From the NCBI GenBank assembly GCA_964595305.1, contig CAZQPW010000001.1, positions 9,722 to 73,721 on the forward strand: a stretch of 64,000 nucleotides of DNA. The letters are read 5' to 3'. The notes under the pieces are model-generated. The model was not told the origin of the DNA and did not search any database. It saw only the letters and a list, made by a program, of their open reading frames with translations. The first letter of the stretch is position 1; every line of letters starts with the position of its first letter. Positions 40,358-50,882 of this stretch are shown in pieces. The position numbers were made by a program, and so were the translations under genes. This DNA comes from an uncultured Candidatus Saccharibacteria bacterium. GTDB lineage: Bacteria; Patescibacteriota; Minisyncoccia; Phycocordibacterales; Phycocordibacteraceae.

Positions 40358-41563
40358 ATGAAACGCGTTTGGTATCGCGTGTTGTCTATCGCACTGCCTG
40401 CCGCAGTGATTTTTACAATCTACTACGCGCCCTATTTCGCAGCCGCGGTGTACTGGCTCATCGCTGCACTTTCGCCACTCTGGCTTGCACCACTTCTGTT
40501 GTGGGCCGCTTGGCCGCTGTGGGTACACCAGCGTGAGGCGCAATTCTTAGCTCGAGTGTGGTATCGCACGTATGAAATAATTCCAGGCGCCTCAAACACG
40601 ACTCCGAAAGAAATGGAGCGCGTCTTGACCCAACTATACTCTCGAGTCGACATTACAAAGGAAGAGAGGTTTTTCATGGGTGTTGTTCGAGCGCCTTGGT
40701 CATTAGAATTGACCGCGTCGGGCGGGCTGCTCCGCATGTTTGTAACGGTTCCAACTGACTATGCGCCACAAGTGCTTCATGCTCTTAGAGAGAGCTATCC
40801 TGATATCGACTATAACGAAACTGACGACTTTGCTTCATCGCCACCAAGCACATTTTCTGTCGTGGTACGTGAATACACTCTCAAAAATCCGGACCCGTAT
40901 CCGCTAGTTAACGGTAGTAGTCAAACCTTCGACAAAAAAGATGCTTTCTTAAATACAATGGAAAAGTTACGCTCTCTGGACGAGAGTCAAACTGTCTGGA
41001 TCCAATTCTTGATTCGGCCGCACCAACGTGACTGGCCGATAAACGTCTGGGCGTGGCGAGGTGAAGCAGTGGACACGCTGCACCAGGACGCAGTAAAGGA
41101 AATTCAAAAAATAGTAGGAAAGTCAGGCGACCTGCGTGCGCTGTCAAATGAAAAGCGTGTGCTTGTCGAGTCGATAGAAGCCGCGCTCAAACGGCCTTCG
41201 TACGACGCTGGTATACGCGCAATACACTTCTTTAAACACTCTTCGCCGAGCCCTTCATTCCTAGACACGTTGTTTGAAGAGCATGATGGCGAGCATAACA
41301 GCTTAGTTGCGTATAATCCGCAGACTGTAGTTTCGTGGCCAACATCTGACCTACTCGCCGCTATCCCGCTGCTAAAGAATCGTTATTTCATCGGCCTGTT
41401 TGCTGGGCGATCGTACTTTACCTTGGCACACCCTGGAAAGGGAGCAGTTCTCAATGTTGATGAAATCGCATCGCTATTTCGTATTCCCAAGCCGCAAGTG
41501 CTGTCCGGAGTACATACGTCTAGTGGAACAAAGCTTGAGCCTCCGACTAATTTGCCAATATGA
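40358..41563 (+). CDS. Membrane-anchored hypothetical protein of a type common in CPR
   Basis: N-terminal TM helices; WSLE, YP, LN.DEIASLF..P, EPP.NLP. Confidence 0.65.
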   Translation: MKRVWYRVLSIALPAAVIFTIYYAPYFAAAVYWLIAALSPLWLAPLLLWAAWPLWVHQREAQFLARVWYRTYEIIPGASNTTPKEMERVLTQLYSRVDITKEERFFMGVVRAPWSLELTASGGLLRMFVTVPTDYAPQVLHALRESYPDIDYNETDDFASSPPSTFSVVVREYTLKNPDPYPLVNGSSQTFDKKDAFLNTMEKLRSLDESQTVWIQFLIRPHQRDWPINVWAWRGEAVDTLHQDAVKEIQKIVGKSGDLRALSNEKRVLVESIEAALKRPSYDAGIRAIHFFKHSSPSPSFLDTLFEEHDGEHNSLVAYNPQTVVSWPTSDLLAAIPLLKNRYFIGLFAGRSYFTLAHPGKGAVLNVDEIASLFRIPKPQVLSGVHTSSGTKLEPPTNLPI

Positions 41564-42540
41564 GCTACAAAAAATATTTACAAATACCTGCTTGGATTTT
41601 TGCAGCGCCCTTTTTTGCAGAGCTACTGCTACTCGCTGTCGCAATTATTACGATACCGTACTCACTTACCATTGCTCCGCCGCCGTTTTTTCCAGTCGGG
41701 AGCGTAATTCATGTAAAAGATGGAATGTCTATAAGAGATGTGGCGTACGAGCTTGAAAATGTAGATGCCATACATTCTGCGTTAGCATTCGAGGTGATTT
41801 CTAGAATGTATGGGTCGAGTTCGATTCAAGCCGGTACCTATGCGCTCCAGTACAGACAAAATATTTTCAAGTTAGTGTACCGCTTTGAACATGGCGACAC
41901 GGGGATACCTGCGAAGTATGTGCTTATACACGAGGGTATGACCAGTTGGGAAATTGGAGAAAGATTAAAAAAAGTTCTTGATGAGGATTTTGATTCAGAA
42001 TTGTTTGCCACAAACAGTGCGCAATATGAAGGCTATCTATTTCCAGATACATACCAGTTTACTCCGGGGGTCAGTCCATATGTGGCACTTGCCACCTTAA
42101 GAAAGACATTTGATGAAAAGGCGCTGACTGTCATTAAAGAAGCATCCACAACTAAGAGTGTCGCTGAGATAATCACCATGGCGTCTCTGATTGAGCGAGA
42201 GGCAAGAGACCCGGAGGCAATGAAAATTATTTCTGGTATCTTGTGGAAACGAATTGAGCGAGGCATGCCACTTCAGGTCGATGCTGTGTTCGGCTACATC
42301 AACAAGAAGCCCACGTATAGTCCCACCTTCGATGAACTTAAAATAGATTCACCTTATAACACATATACGAGAAAGGGTTTGCCGGTCGGGCCAATTTCAA
42401 ACCCAGGACTCGACGCGATCAGGGCTGCATTGCATCCAACCAAAACCCCATACTATTTTTATCTAACTGGGAGCGACGGAACTATGCACTACGCGCGAAC
42501 CTTTGAAGAGCACGTTGCAAATCGAGTCTATCTGCGATAA
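41560..42540 (+). CDS. mltG: Endolytic transglycosylase
   Basis: EGYLFPDTY, MASLIERE, LQVDA, SPYNTY...GLP.GPISNPG. Confidence 0.95.
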   Translation: MSYKKYLQIPAWIFAAPFFAELLLLAVAIITIPYSLTIAPPPFFPVGSVIHVKDGMSIRDVAYELENVDAIHSALAFEVISRMYGSSSIQAGTYALQYRQNIFKLVYRFEHGDTGIPAKYVLIHEGMTSWEIGERLKKVLDEDFDSELFATNSAQYEGYLFPDTYQFTPGVSPYVALATLRKTFDEKALTVIKEASTTKSVAEIITMASLIEREARDPEAMKIISGILWKRIERGMPLQVDAVFGYINKKPTYSPTFDELKIDSPYNTYTRKGLPVGPISNPGLDAIRAALHPTKTPYYFYLTGSDGTMHYARTFEEHVANRVYLR

Positions 42541-42542
42541 CC

Positions 42543-43568
42543 ATGAACGACAAAAAGAAAAAGGTTGCGGTTTTGCTCTCAGGTGGCGTGGACAGCGCTG
42601 TTGCTGCTCATATTGTAAAAGAAACCGGTGCACAGGTTACCGGGGTTTTTATTCGAGGTTGGGAGCCTGATTTCTTGCCTTGCACAGGGGCCGAAGATCG
42701 TATAAGCGCAATGCAAGTCGCTGCACATTTGGAAATACCGTTTATAACTTTAGACTTAGGGAGCGAGTACCTCAGAGATGTTGTTAAGCCGTTTATAGCA
42801 AGCTATGCAAGCGGAGAGACGCCGAATCCAGACGTTTTGTGCAATCGAAGTATCAAGTTTGGCGCGGCATGGAACAAACTTAAATCTCTCGGGTTTACCG
42901 CAATCGCAACTGGTCACTATGCGCGGACAGACGGGAGTAGGTTGATGGCGGCAAAAGATCCTACGAAAGACCAAGTATATTTTTTATGGACACTCACAAA
43001 GGATGATCTCTCCCACACGCTTTTCCCGCTCGGTTCAATGCTGAAGAGTGAGGTGAGGGCACACGCAAAGAGACTTAAGCTTCCTAACGCTGAACGGCCA
43101 GATTCACAAGGGCTGTGCTTTCTTGGCCACGTTGATATGTACACCTTTTTGCATAGATACATCGATGAGGCTCCTGGTGATATCGTTGATGAGTCTAATA
43201 GAAAGGTCGGAAAACATAGAGGTGTTCATTATTACACGATAGGACAAGGCATCGTTGGGGATCATAGCGAGCGTTATTACATTGCAAGCAAAGACTCAAA
43301 GTCTCGTAAGCTCACTGTTTCCAGCTCACCCAAAGTAGATGATAGTTGTATGACGTACGCAATAAGAGATGCAAATATATTAGGTGATATTACACAGGAT
43401 CTACATGTGCAAACGCGCTACCATGGTCCGCTGCTTAGCGCAAGGATACGAGATAATGAAATTTTATTCGATGAGCCGGTGGCTGTCGCTGAAGGGCAGT
43501 CTGTGGTCTGGTTTAGCTCTTCCGGAGAATGCGTCGGGGGTGCTACTATTGGAACATGCCTGAAATAG
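42543..43568 (+). CDS. mnmA: tRNA 2-thiouridylase
   Basis: SGGVDS, TPNPD..CN, ATGHYA, KDQ.YFL, SQGLCF. Confidence 0.96.
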   Translation: MNDKKKKVAVLLSGGVDSAVAAHIVKETGAQVTGVFIRGWEPDFLPCTGAEDRISAMQVAAHLEIPFITLDLGSEYLRDVVKPFIASYASGETPNPDVLCNRSIKFGAAWNKLKSLGFTAIATGHYARTDGSRLMAAKDPTKDQVYFLWTLTKDDLSHTLFPLGSMLKSEVRAHAKRLKLPNAERPDSQGLCFLGHVDMYTFLHRYIDEAPGDIVDESNRKVGKHRGVHYYTIGQGIVGDHSERYYIASKDSKSRKLTVSSSPKVDDSCMTYAIRDANILGDITQDLHVQTRYHGPLLSARIRDNEILFDEPVAVAEGQSVVWFSSSGECVGGATIGTCLK

Positions 43569-44380
43569 TCAAAGGAGATGGTACCAGAGAGCTTTTTAAC
43601 CTACTGAAGCTCACTGACTCGCTTGTACGTGCGGGAATTGATAAAGAGTTGTCGCAACGTGTTTCCGAGTCGATAGCCGGGACAGTGCATGACGGAATGT
43701 CGACAACGGAGATCTTTCGTACTGCACACAAAATGCTGCGCAAAGAAGAGCGCGTGCTTGCTGCACGATACTCTATGCGCAGGGCAATACTAGACCTTGG
43801 TCCAACTGGCTTCCCATTTGAAGACTACGTTAGCGAACTTATGCGTGCGCAAGGGTATGCAGTAAAAACAAGACAAGTTTTAGAAGGAAAATGTGTGCCC
43901 CACGAAGTAGACGTAGTGCTCGAAAAAGACGGTAACAGGTTTGGCGCAGAGCTAAAGTTCCATAACCAGCCGGGCTACAAGACCGATGTTAAAATAGCAC
44001 TTTACGTAAAAGCCCGCTTTGACGACATCGCTGCAAACACAAAAGGTAAGCAGCTAAACGGAGGATGGCTCGTAACCAACACTAAATTCACCGAGCACGC
44101 TATCACGTACTCATCCTGTGCAGGGCTCACGTTGCTTGGCTGGGACTATCCAGAAAAGGGTAACCTTGCAGACATGATTCGATCAACAGGAGTGTACCCA
44201 ATAACTGTGCTCACCACGCTGACCGCAGCTGAAAAAAATAGACTCCTAGCGGAACAAAAGCCACTTTGCTCAACAGTGCTTACAAACCCTCACTCACTTG
44301 AGCGTGCGGGTGTTCCGCCACGCAGAATCGCGAACGTCGTTGCTGAAAGCACTGCGCTCTGCACGCCACATACCTCATGA
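43556..44380 (+). CDS. ATP-cone domain fused to an Mrr-like PD-(D/E)XK endonuclease
   Basis: IVKGDGTRE.F...KL..S ATP-cone; G..FE..V......GY, EVDV...ELK, VTN..FT. Confidence 0.82.
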   Translation: MPEIVKGDGTRELFNLLKLTDSLVRAGIDKELSQRVSESIAGTVHDGMSTTEIFRTAHKMLRKEERVLAARYSMRRAILDLGPTGFPFEDYVSELMRAQGYAVKTRQVLEGKCVPHEVDVVLEKDGNRFGAELKFHNQPGYKTDVKIALYVKARFDDIAANTKGKQLNGGWLVTNTKFTEHAITYSSCAGLTLLGWDYPEKGNLADMIRSTGVYPITVLTTLTAAEKNRLLAEQKPLCSTVLTNPHSLERAGVPPRRIANVVAESTALCTPHTS

Positions 44381-45192
44381 GTAGTTTTTATAAACCACAT
44401 CGTAAGCCAGAATGGAATTATGGTGGACCCAAGTGGCGTCTTTCGCGATCGAAGATCGACCTATTTGTTTCTTGCCCACGCTGTTTTTATATTGACAACA
44501 AGCTTGGTGTGGCGCGGCCGCCGGGGTTCCCATTTAACTTAAACTCTGCTGTCGACAAGCTTTTAAAAAAAGAATTTGATATTCACCGTGTAGCGCAGTC
44601 TGCGCACCCACTAATCTCTGCATACAAGCTAAACCTTGTGCCATTTAAAGATCCGCGTATGGATATTTGGCGCGAGAATTTTAAGGGCGTTGAGACAAAG
44701 CACGCAGAAACAGGTTTTACTGTTGCAGGCGCTGTTGATGACGTGTGGGTAGATGAGAATGGTGTGGTGAGTGTAGTCGACTATAAAGCAACGTCAAAAG
44801 ACGAAGAGGTAACCCTCGATGCAGCATGGCAAGACGGGTATAAGCGCCAAATGGAAACGTACCAGTGGTTGCTTAGGCGTAATGGGTTAAGCGTTTCAGA
44901 CACAGGATATTTTGTGTACGTAAACGGCCGCACTGACAGAGAGGCATTCGACGGCAAACTAGAGTTTGATGTAAAAATTATTCCATATACTGGAAATGAC
45001 GGTTGGGTGGAGAAGACGCTCTTTGACATCAAAAAATGCCTTGATTCAACCGAAGTGCCAGAAGCTGGAAAGGATTGCGACTACTGTACCTACCGCGAGG
45101 CGGCAAAGAGCGTGCTTGAGCAGCCAGTTTCGCAAAAGCCTAAAGGGTTGAAACCTTCCGCAAGTGCTGAAGTAACAGACAGCCTATTTTAA
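44377..45192 (+). CDS. PD-(D/E)XK nuclease, Cas4/RecB-like
   Basis: LSRS.I......CPRCFY, GAVDD..VVDYK, Q.ETY, CDYC. Confidence 0.85.
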   Translation: MSSFYKPHRKPEWNYGGPKWRLSRSKIDLFVSCPRCFYIDNKLGVARPPGFPFNLNSAVDKLLKKEFDIHRVAQSAHPLISAYKLNLVPFKDPRMDIWRENFKGVETKHAETGFTVAGAVDDVWVDENGVVSVVDYKATSKDEEVTLDAAWQDGYKRQMETYQWLLRRNGLSVSDTGYFVYVNGRTDREAFDGKLEFDVKIIPYTGNDGWVEKTLFDIKKCLDSTEVPEAGKDCDYCTYREAAKSVLEQPVSQKPKGLKPSASAEVTDSLF

Positions 45193-47121
45193 CTACCAAA
45201 TCTTTGCGCGTGCTTTTGGTGCGCGGTACAGCTTGTCACTTTTTACAACTTTGTATGCGTCGTAAAATGAGTCGAGGTTTGAAACTGGACCATTGATGCG
45301 GTATAGGGCTGGCGAATGTGGATCAGTAGCTATCTGTGTTTTCAATCGTTCCTCACGAAGATGCTCGCGTTCGCCTTGTGCGAGTGAGAGAAAGAATCGC
45401 TGCTCTGGTGTTTTATCATCGATGTTCTTGCGACCGTGTCTATTCAGATGAACTTGGAATGCGTCGTATGCAATTGCAACGCCGCCCAAGTCTGCAATAT
45501 TTTCACCAAGTGTGAGCGAGCCGTTTACTTTGTGGCCGGGTATAGGCTCATATTCGTTAAACTGCTTGCGTAGTACGTCTGCTAACTTGTCGAAGTGAGC
45601 GCGGTCAGCCTTGCTCCACCAACCTTTAAGGTCACCCCGAGCATCGAACTTAGAACCCTCGTCATCAAAGCCGTGCGTCATTTCATGACCGATGGTCCAA
45701 CCGATGGCCCCATAATTAAGCGCGGCGTCTGCGCGCGCGTCAAAAAATGGCCACTGAAGAATCGCAGCAGGGAAAACGATCTCGTTAGCTTGAGGGTTAT
45801 AGTACGCATTTACTGTTTGTGGAGTCATAAACCATTCACGCCGGTCTACTTTCTTTCCAATTTTTCGAAATGCTTTGCGCGTTTCAAAAAGATTTGTGTT
45901 AATTGCGTTCCCGCAGTAGTCGTTTGCTTTAAGCTCGAGCCCGGCGTATGTCTTCCATTTCTTGGGGTAGCCAATCTTTCTGTCCATTGTTCTGAGCTTG
46001 AGTAGCGCCTTGCGCTTAGTTTGTGCGCTCATCCAATGTAGGTTTTTGATCCGAGCTTCAAATGCAACAAAAAGGTTGCTGACGAGCGCGTCAATAGCTC
46101 GTTTTGACTCATGCGTGAAGTGTCGCTCAACGTACATCTTGCCAAGCTCTTCACCAATATGAGCCTCAACGACACCTTGGACACGGCGCCACAATGGGCG
46201 CATCTGCTTTGTGCCCGAGAGCTCAGTTCCATAGAACGCAAACTTTGCTTTGATGAGCGGCTCATGGAGGTACGGTGCAAATGTGTTGATGAGGTGCCAG
46301 GTTAAGTACGCTTTATGTTCTTCTATAGAGCGCGAGGCAATAGTTGCAGCAGCGCCACGCATAAATAGCGGCTGACACACTACAAACATGCGCGGGCATT
46401 GTATACCCAATCCTTTAAAATAAGCATCCCAGGGAAGAGGCGCCTTTGCGCGGAGCTTACTAAGTGTGTAGGGAAAATAATTTTTGTTAGGGTCACGAAG
46501 GAGCACCTTGTCATGAGATGCGTGTGCAAGGGCTTTTTCAATCTCAAACGGGTTCAAGCGAATTTCAGTAACTTTCGAAACCGCGAGCGTATACTTTTGG
46601 AAAGCTTTCCTGACACGCTTAGACTCGTCATCTTGCTTAAGGTAGTAGTCGCGATCGGGAAGGGAAATCCCATCCTGAGAAAAATAGAGGACGTTCTTCG
46701 TGCTGTCTTTACCGTCTGGGCCAACGGAAATATCCCAAAATGCGGAAGATCCAATACGGTGCAGCTCACCAACAACACGCAACAAAGACTCAGTAGAGTC
46801 GATAGAGTCTATTTTACGAATATATGGCATGAGTGGCGCAAGCTTCTTTTTATTACGCGACTTGATGTCCATTCCAGACTTGTAAAACCGCGCAACTCTC
46901 ATAGCAGCATCGCCTCGCACCTTACCCGCGGTTACGTCACGGATAATTGCACGAACCTGTTCATCACTTTTTTTACGCAGCTGCATAAAAGCTCCCCACC
47001 ATGACTCCTCTTTAGGAATCGGGTTTTCTCTAAGCCATGTGTTGTTTACATGATGAAAAAAGTCGTCTTGCGGACGAACTTTTTTGTCGAGCTTGCTGGT
47101 GTCTACCCCCCAGTGCTTCAT
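45193..47121 (-). CDS. M13-family metalloendopeptidase (PepO/neprilysin-like)
   Basis: VNAYY, HEMTH, GENIAD, DPHSP...R; start MKHWG 7 nt after TAAAAT. Confidence 0.95.
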   Translation of the reverse strand: MKHWGVDTSKLDKKVRPQDDFFHHVNNTWLRENPIPKEESWWGAFMQLRKKSDEQVRAIIRDVTAGKVRGDAAMRVARFYKSGMDIKSRNKKKLAPLMPYIRKIDSIDSTESLLRVVGELHRIGSSAFWDISVGPDGKDSTKNVLYFSQDGISLPDRDYYLKQDDESKRVRKAFQKYTLAVSKVTEIRLNPFEIEKALAHASHDKVLLRDPNKNYFPYTLSKLRAKAPLPWDAYFKGLGIQCPRMFVVCQPLFMRGAAATIASRSIEEHKAYLTWHLINTFAPYLHEPLIKAKFAFYGTELSGTKQMRPLWRRVQGVVEAHIGEELGKMYVERHFTHESKRAIDALVSNLFVAFEARIKNLHWMSAQTKRKALLKLRTMDRKIGYPKKWKTYAGLELKANDYCGNAINTNLFETRKAFRKIGKKVDRREWFMTPQTVNAYYNPQANEIVFPAAILQWPFFDARADAALNYGAIGWTIGHEMTHGFDDEGSKFDARGDLKGWWSKADRAHFDKLADVLRKQFNEYEPIPGHKVNGSLTLGENIADLGGVAIAYDAFQVHLNRHGRKNIDDKTPEQRFFLSLAQGEREHLREERLKTQIATDPHSPALYRINGPVSNLDSFYDAYKVVKSDKLYRAPKARAKIW

Positions 47122-47186
47122 AGGCACTATTTTAGCATAAAACTCATATTTGCTTAAATACGTATAGTGTGCTATAATATCTATAC

Positions 47187-47966
47187 ATGGCAATAGAAGC
47201 AGTAAACAAAGTGCAGCACTTTTTTGAAAGCCTACATGCGGGTATTACGTTTGAAAATTTTACGGACAACGAAATTGCCCGAATAATTCAAATACTCACA
47301 TCACTAAAGTTACCGCTTGTTAACGTCAAGGTGATTCGCAAGGCACGATTTGGTGACCTCGTAAGAGTTCCAGGTACTAAAAGTGCATATTTTGATGAGT
47401 ATGAAAACGCGATGTTCCTCGGCGAGCCTGTGCCTGGAACCGACTGGAAGGCCGGTACAATTTCGCTTAGTGAAATGTATTTTCGGGATGTGCCAACAGA
47501 CTTTACTCTGAAAGAGACGCTCGCACATGAAATCGCTCACTCCATATCTCCACTAGCATATATAAATACGGACCCTAAAGTGAGAAAAAGAAAAAGTAAT
47601 TTGTACTCAAAAAAGCAGGCGGAAGAAATATTTAATTTCGTGCAGCAAATAGGCCATCGGCTTCATGCCCGGGGTAATGGTTTCCCGTCATACAACATGC
47701 AAAACTACTATTACAACCTTCGTGTTGGGAGACATGCGCCCGGCTCAAAAATGCACTTCATGTTTGCAGATGAGATGTTTGCCTGCATCATACAAAACTA
47801 CGTAGAGCGCCCTGAAGCGCTTCGCGCTGTACTAACTGGGGCTGAGTTTAAGCAAGTTGAGCAGATAGTTAAAAAATTGCGAAAGTCTGGCCCAAAAATA
47901 TATTCTCGAAAAAAAGGTTCCGAAATTCCTGGCGTGACGCCACTCGCAAAGGTGCAAGTAAATTGA
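47187..47966 (+). CDS. Putative zincin metallopeptidase
   Basis: TLAHEIAH and downstream EMFA...Y...P..L. Confidence 0.6.
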   Translation: MAIEAVNKVQHFFESLHAGITFENFTDNEIARIIQILTSLKLPLVNVKVIRKARFGDLVRVPGTKSAYFDEYENAMFLGEPVPGTDWKAGTISLSEMYFRDVPTDFTLKETLAHEIAHSISPLAYINTDPKVRKRKSNLYSKKQAEEIFNFVQQIGHRLHARGNGFPSYNMQNYYYNLRVGRHAPGSKMHFMFADEMFACIIQNYVERPEALRAVLTGAEFKQVEQIVKKLRKSGPKIYSRKKGSEIPGVTPLAKVQVN

Positions 47967-47979
47967 TATACTAGTAGTG

Positions 47980-49767
47980 ATGACCGTAGCAGAAATCAGG
48001 CAAAAGTATTTTGACTATTTTAAGGCGCGAGGGCACGTACTCATTTCAAGCGTTCCGCTCGTGCCAGAAAACGACCCAACCACGCTTTTTGTAGGCTCAG
48101 GAATGCAGCCGCTATTACCTTACTTTCTTGGTGCGCCACACCCAATGGGTACGAGGGTGGTTAACGCACAACTCGCGTTCCGCGCTGAAGATATAGAAGA
48201 AATAGGCGACAACCGGCATACATCTTCTTTTGAAATGCTTGGCAACTGGTCATTTGGTGACTATTTTAAGAAAGAGCAAATCCCGTGGATGTTTGAGTTT
48301 CTTACGAAAGAGCTTGGTATCGACAAAAGCAAACTGCATTTTACCTGTTTTGAAGGCGACGATGGTTTAGGTATCCCAAAAGACACCGAGTCGTACGAGC
48401 TCTGGAAATCCTGCGGTGTTGAGGAAAGTCACTTGTACTATTACCCAGCTAAAAAGAATTGGTGGAGTCGCGCAGGGGTACCGGCAAACATGCCACCAGG
48501 CGAGCCGGGAGGCCCGGACACTGAAATGTTTTTTGATTTCGGTACACCGCACGACGCGCGTTTTGGAGAGTCGTGTCATCCAAACTGCGACTGCGGTCGC
48601 TTTGTGGAGATTGGTAACAACGTGTTCATGGAATATATCAAGAACGCAGATGGGTCGTTTTCAAAATTGCCTAAGGCAAATGTAGATTTCGGCGGAGGGC
48701 TTGAGCGCATTGCAGCTGCAGTAAACGGAAAGCCCGACATTTTTCTTATTGACACTCTACTTGGAACTATCCGCGAGTTGGCAGCAGCGTCGGGTAAGGC
48801 ATACGACGACCCCAAGTTTCAAAAGTCGTATCGAGTAATTGCGGACCATATCAAAGGCGCGGTGTTTATGATTGCAGATGGCGTACTTCCGTCAAATACC
48901 GAGCAAGGGTACGTTTTACGCAGATTAATACGCAGGTTTGTGCGTCACATGGATATTTTGGAAGTAAAAACCGAAACGCTTGGCCGCGTCGTTGACCAGA
49001 TCGCTCAATCATATAAAGCACAGTACCCACGTGTTACTGATAACTCGAAAATCCTGCTCACCATTATTGAGGAAGAGGCACGCTTTCGAAAAACGCTCGC
49101 ACAAGGAATGAAAGAGTTTGAAAGAGGAACCGATCCGTTTATTTTATTTACGACATACGGTTTTCCTATCGAATTAACTCAAGAGCTAGCAGCGGAACGT
49201 GGGCAGACAGTTGACATAGAGGCATTTAAACAGGCTATGACAAAACATGCCGACGACTCACGTGCTGGCTCAGAGCAAAAATTCAAAGGAGGACTTGCAG
49301 ATACAAGCGCAACCACCACTGCGCTACATACCTCGACACATTTGATGCTTGCCGCGTTGCGAAAATTTTTAGGTCCACATGTGCATCAGGCAGGATCAAA
49401 CATTACCGCAGAGAGAACCCGATTCGATTTTACGCATGGAGAAAAGGTGTCGCACGATGTGCTCGCTAAGGTGGAGGCATATGTAAACGAAGCGATCGAG
49501 AAACGCGCTGTAGTAACTATTGAGCAAATGCCTAAGCAGGCTGCTCGCGACGAAGGGGTTGAGGGAAGTTTCTGGGAAAAATATCCTGATGTGGTGCAGG
49601 TATATACTGTGCGCGCACCAGACGGGACCGTATATTCACGAGAGCTCTGTGGTGGACCGCATGTTGAGGAAACCGGAGCTATAGCAGCAGTAGGTACGTT
49701 TAAAATTATAAAAGAGGAAGCGTCATCAGCAGGTGTTCGCAGAATCAAAGCCGTGCTTCAAAAATAG
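47980..49767 (+). CDS. alaS: Alanine--tRNA ligase lacking the C-Ala domain
   Basis: DPTTLF..SGMQ, FEMLGNWSFGDYFK, editing HTSTH and ELCGGPH. Confidence 0.96.
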   Translation: MTVAEIRQKYFDYFKARGHVLISSVPLVPENDPTTLFVGSGMQPLLPYFLGAPHPMGTRVVNAQLAFRAEDIEEIGDNRHTSSFEMLGNWSFGDYFKKEQIPWMFEFLTKELGIDKSKLHFTCFEGDDGLGIPKDTESYELWKSCGVEESHLYYYPAKKNWWSRAGVPANMPPGEPGGPDTEMFFDFGTPHDARFGESCHPNCDCGRFVEIGNNVFMEYIKNADGSFSKLPKANVDFGGGLERIAAAVNGKPDIFLIDTLLGTIRELAAASGKAYDDPKFQKSYRVIADHIKGAVFMIADGVLPSNTEQGYVLRRLIRRFVRHMDILEVKTETLGRVVDQIAQSYKAQYPRVTDNSKILLTIIEEEARFRKTLAQGMKEFERGTDPFILFTTYGFPIELTQELAAERGQTVDIEAFKQAMTKHADDSRAGSEQKFKGGLADTSATTTALHTSTHLMLAALRKFLGPHVHQAGSNITAERTRFDFTHGEKVSHDVLAKVEAYVNEAIEKRAVVTIEQMPKQAARDEGVEGSFWEKYPDVVQVYTVRAPDGTVYSRELCGGPHVEETGAIAAVGTFKIIKEEASSAGVRRIKAVLQK

Positions 49768-49781
49768 GTTAGACTTAAAGT

Positions 49782-50882
49782 GTGGCACGAAAGGATTTTC
49801 TAATTGTTGAGATAGACTCATCAAGCGTTGGCGTTGTCCGATATGCGCACACCGCTGAACAGCAGATTGTAAGTGCGTCACGTACGCACTTTAGTACTCT
49901 TGGTGCAAAGAACAGTGCCGCTGCTGTAAGTCTTTTAACTGATGCAATAAAGAAAGAGCTCGCAAGTATACCGCCGCACTCATCTTCGGCGTGTGCAGTG
50001 TTTGTTGGGTCACCGTGGTATTTCCTTGAACTGCAAACACTACAAGCTGAGGTAAAGTCTCCAAGCACTTTTTCAGAACGTTCTGTAGAGGATCTACTTT
50101 CACGTGCGCGTAAAGAGCACGCAGACAAATCAGTAATCCCACTTAACGTTCGCGTGAATGGTTACTCTACCAAAATGAAAAAGCCTCTCATTGGAACAAC
50201 TCTTGAGTGCGACTCGGCAATTATTCAGATAGAACCGGAATTGGTGCAAGCGATTACTCCACTTCTTGCTCCGTATGCAGAGCGGGGCGCTGTTCAAATG
50301 TTTCCTTCGCCAATTGCAGCAGCAGATACATTATTGCAAATTGACGACACCCAGTATGGAACGGTAATTTCAATACACAAAGAGTCAACTGACATGGTGA
50401 TTGTCTCGGGGCACACCATAGGTTTTGTCGCCAGTGTTCCAATCGGCTCAAACACCATCCTTACTTCAATGAGCACCTCAGGTGTAGATATATTATCTAG
50501 ACTGGAGCTACTTGCTCGAGGCAAACTTGCACAATCAGAGGCTAGCGCACTTACGGGACAACTTATGGATGCATCTAGTGCGTGGATAGCAGCAGTGCGC
50601 GGTCTACTAGAGTCAGCACAAAATACTATTCCTGTTTCCCACCACTTTACAGTACTGACTAGTGACTCTGACTGGGGCTGGCTAGAAAGTGTTTGTAATC
50701 AAATTTCTCCAGAGCACCCAACTAGGTCTCGTAATATACTCTCAACGCTTCGTGATCAGTCACCATTACCTAAATCAATTTCTGACGGTTCGCTCGCTGC
50801 AGCACTTTCCACAGTTAAAGCTCGTTTGCAATCAAATGGAACACTTAACCCTAAAGCAGGCATGCTATACTCACTACTATGA
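49782..50882 (+). CDS. Divergent FtsA/PilM-like actin-fold protein
   Basis: IVEIDSSSV N-terminal strand, VNGY, ISI..ESTD, PIG; phosphate motifs degenerate. Confidence 0.45.
   Translation: MARKDFLIVEIDSSSVGVVRYAHTAEQQIVSASRTHFSTLGAKNSAAAVSLLTDAIKKELASIPPHSSSACAVFVGSPWYFLELQTLQAEVKSPSTFSERSVEDLLSRARKEHADKSVIPLNVRVNGYSTKMKKPLIGTTLECDSAIIQIEPELVQAITPLLAPYAERGAVQMFPSPIAAADTLLQIDDTQYGTVISIHKESTDMVIVSGHTIGFVASVPIGSNTILTSMSTSGVDILSRLELLARGKLAQSEASALTGQLMDASSAWIAAVRGLLESAQNTIPVSHHFTVLTSDSDWGWLESVCNQISPEHPTRSRNILSTLRDQSPLPKSISDGSLAAALSTVKARLQSNGTLNPKAGMLYSLL

Noticed and set aside
44377-45192. Cas4-like gene as evidence of CRISPR-Cas
   Set aside because: No cas1/cas2 and no repeat-spacer array in the window; solo Cas4-like nucleases are common.
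47980-49767. Short AlaRS, DnaX, PrmC and AtpH as pseudogenes
   Set aside because: Catalytic motifs are intact and no missing fragments lie downstream, which fits genome streamlining.
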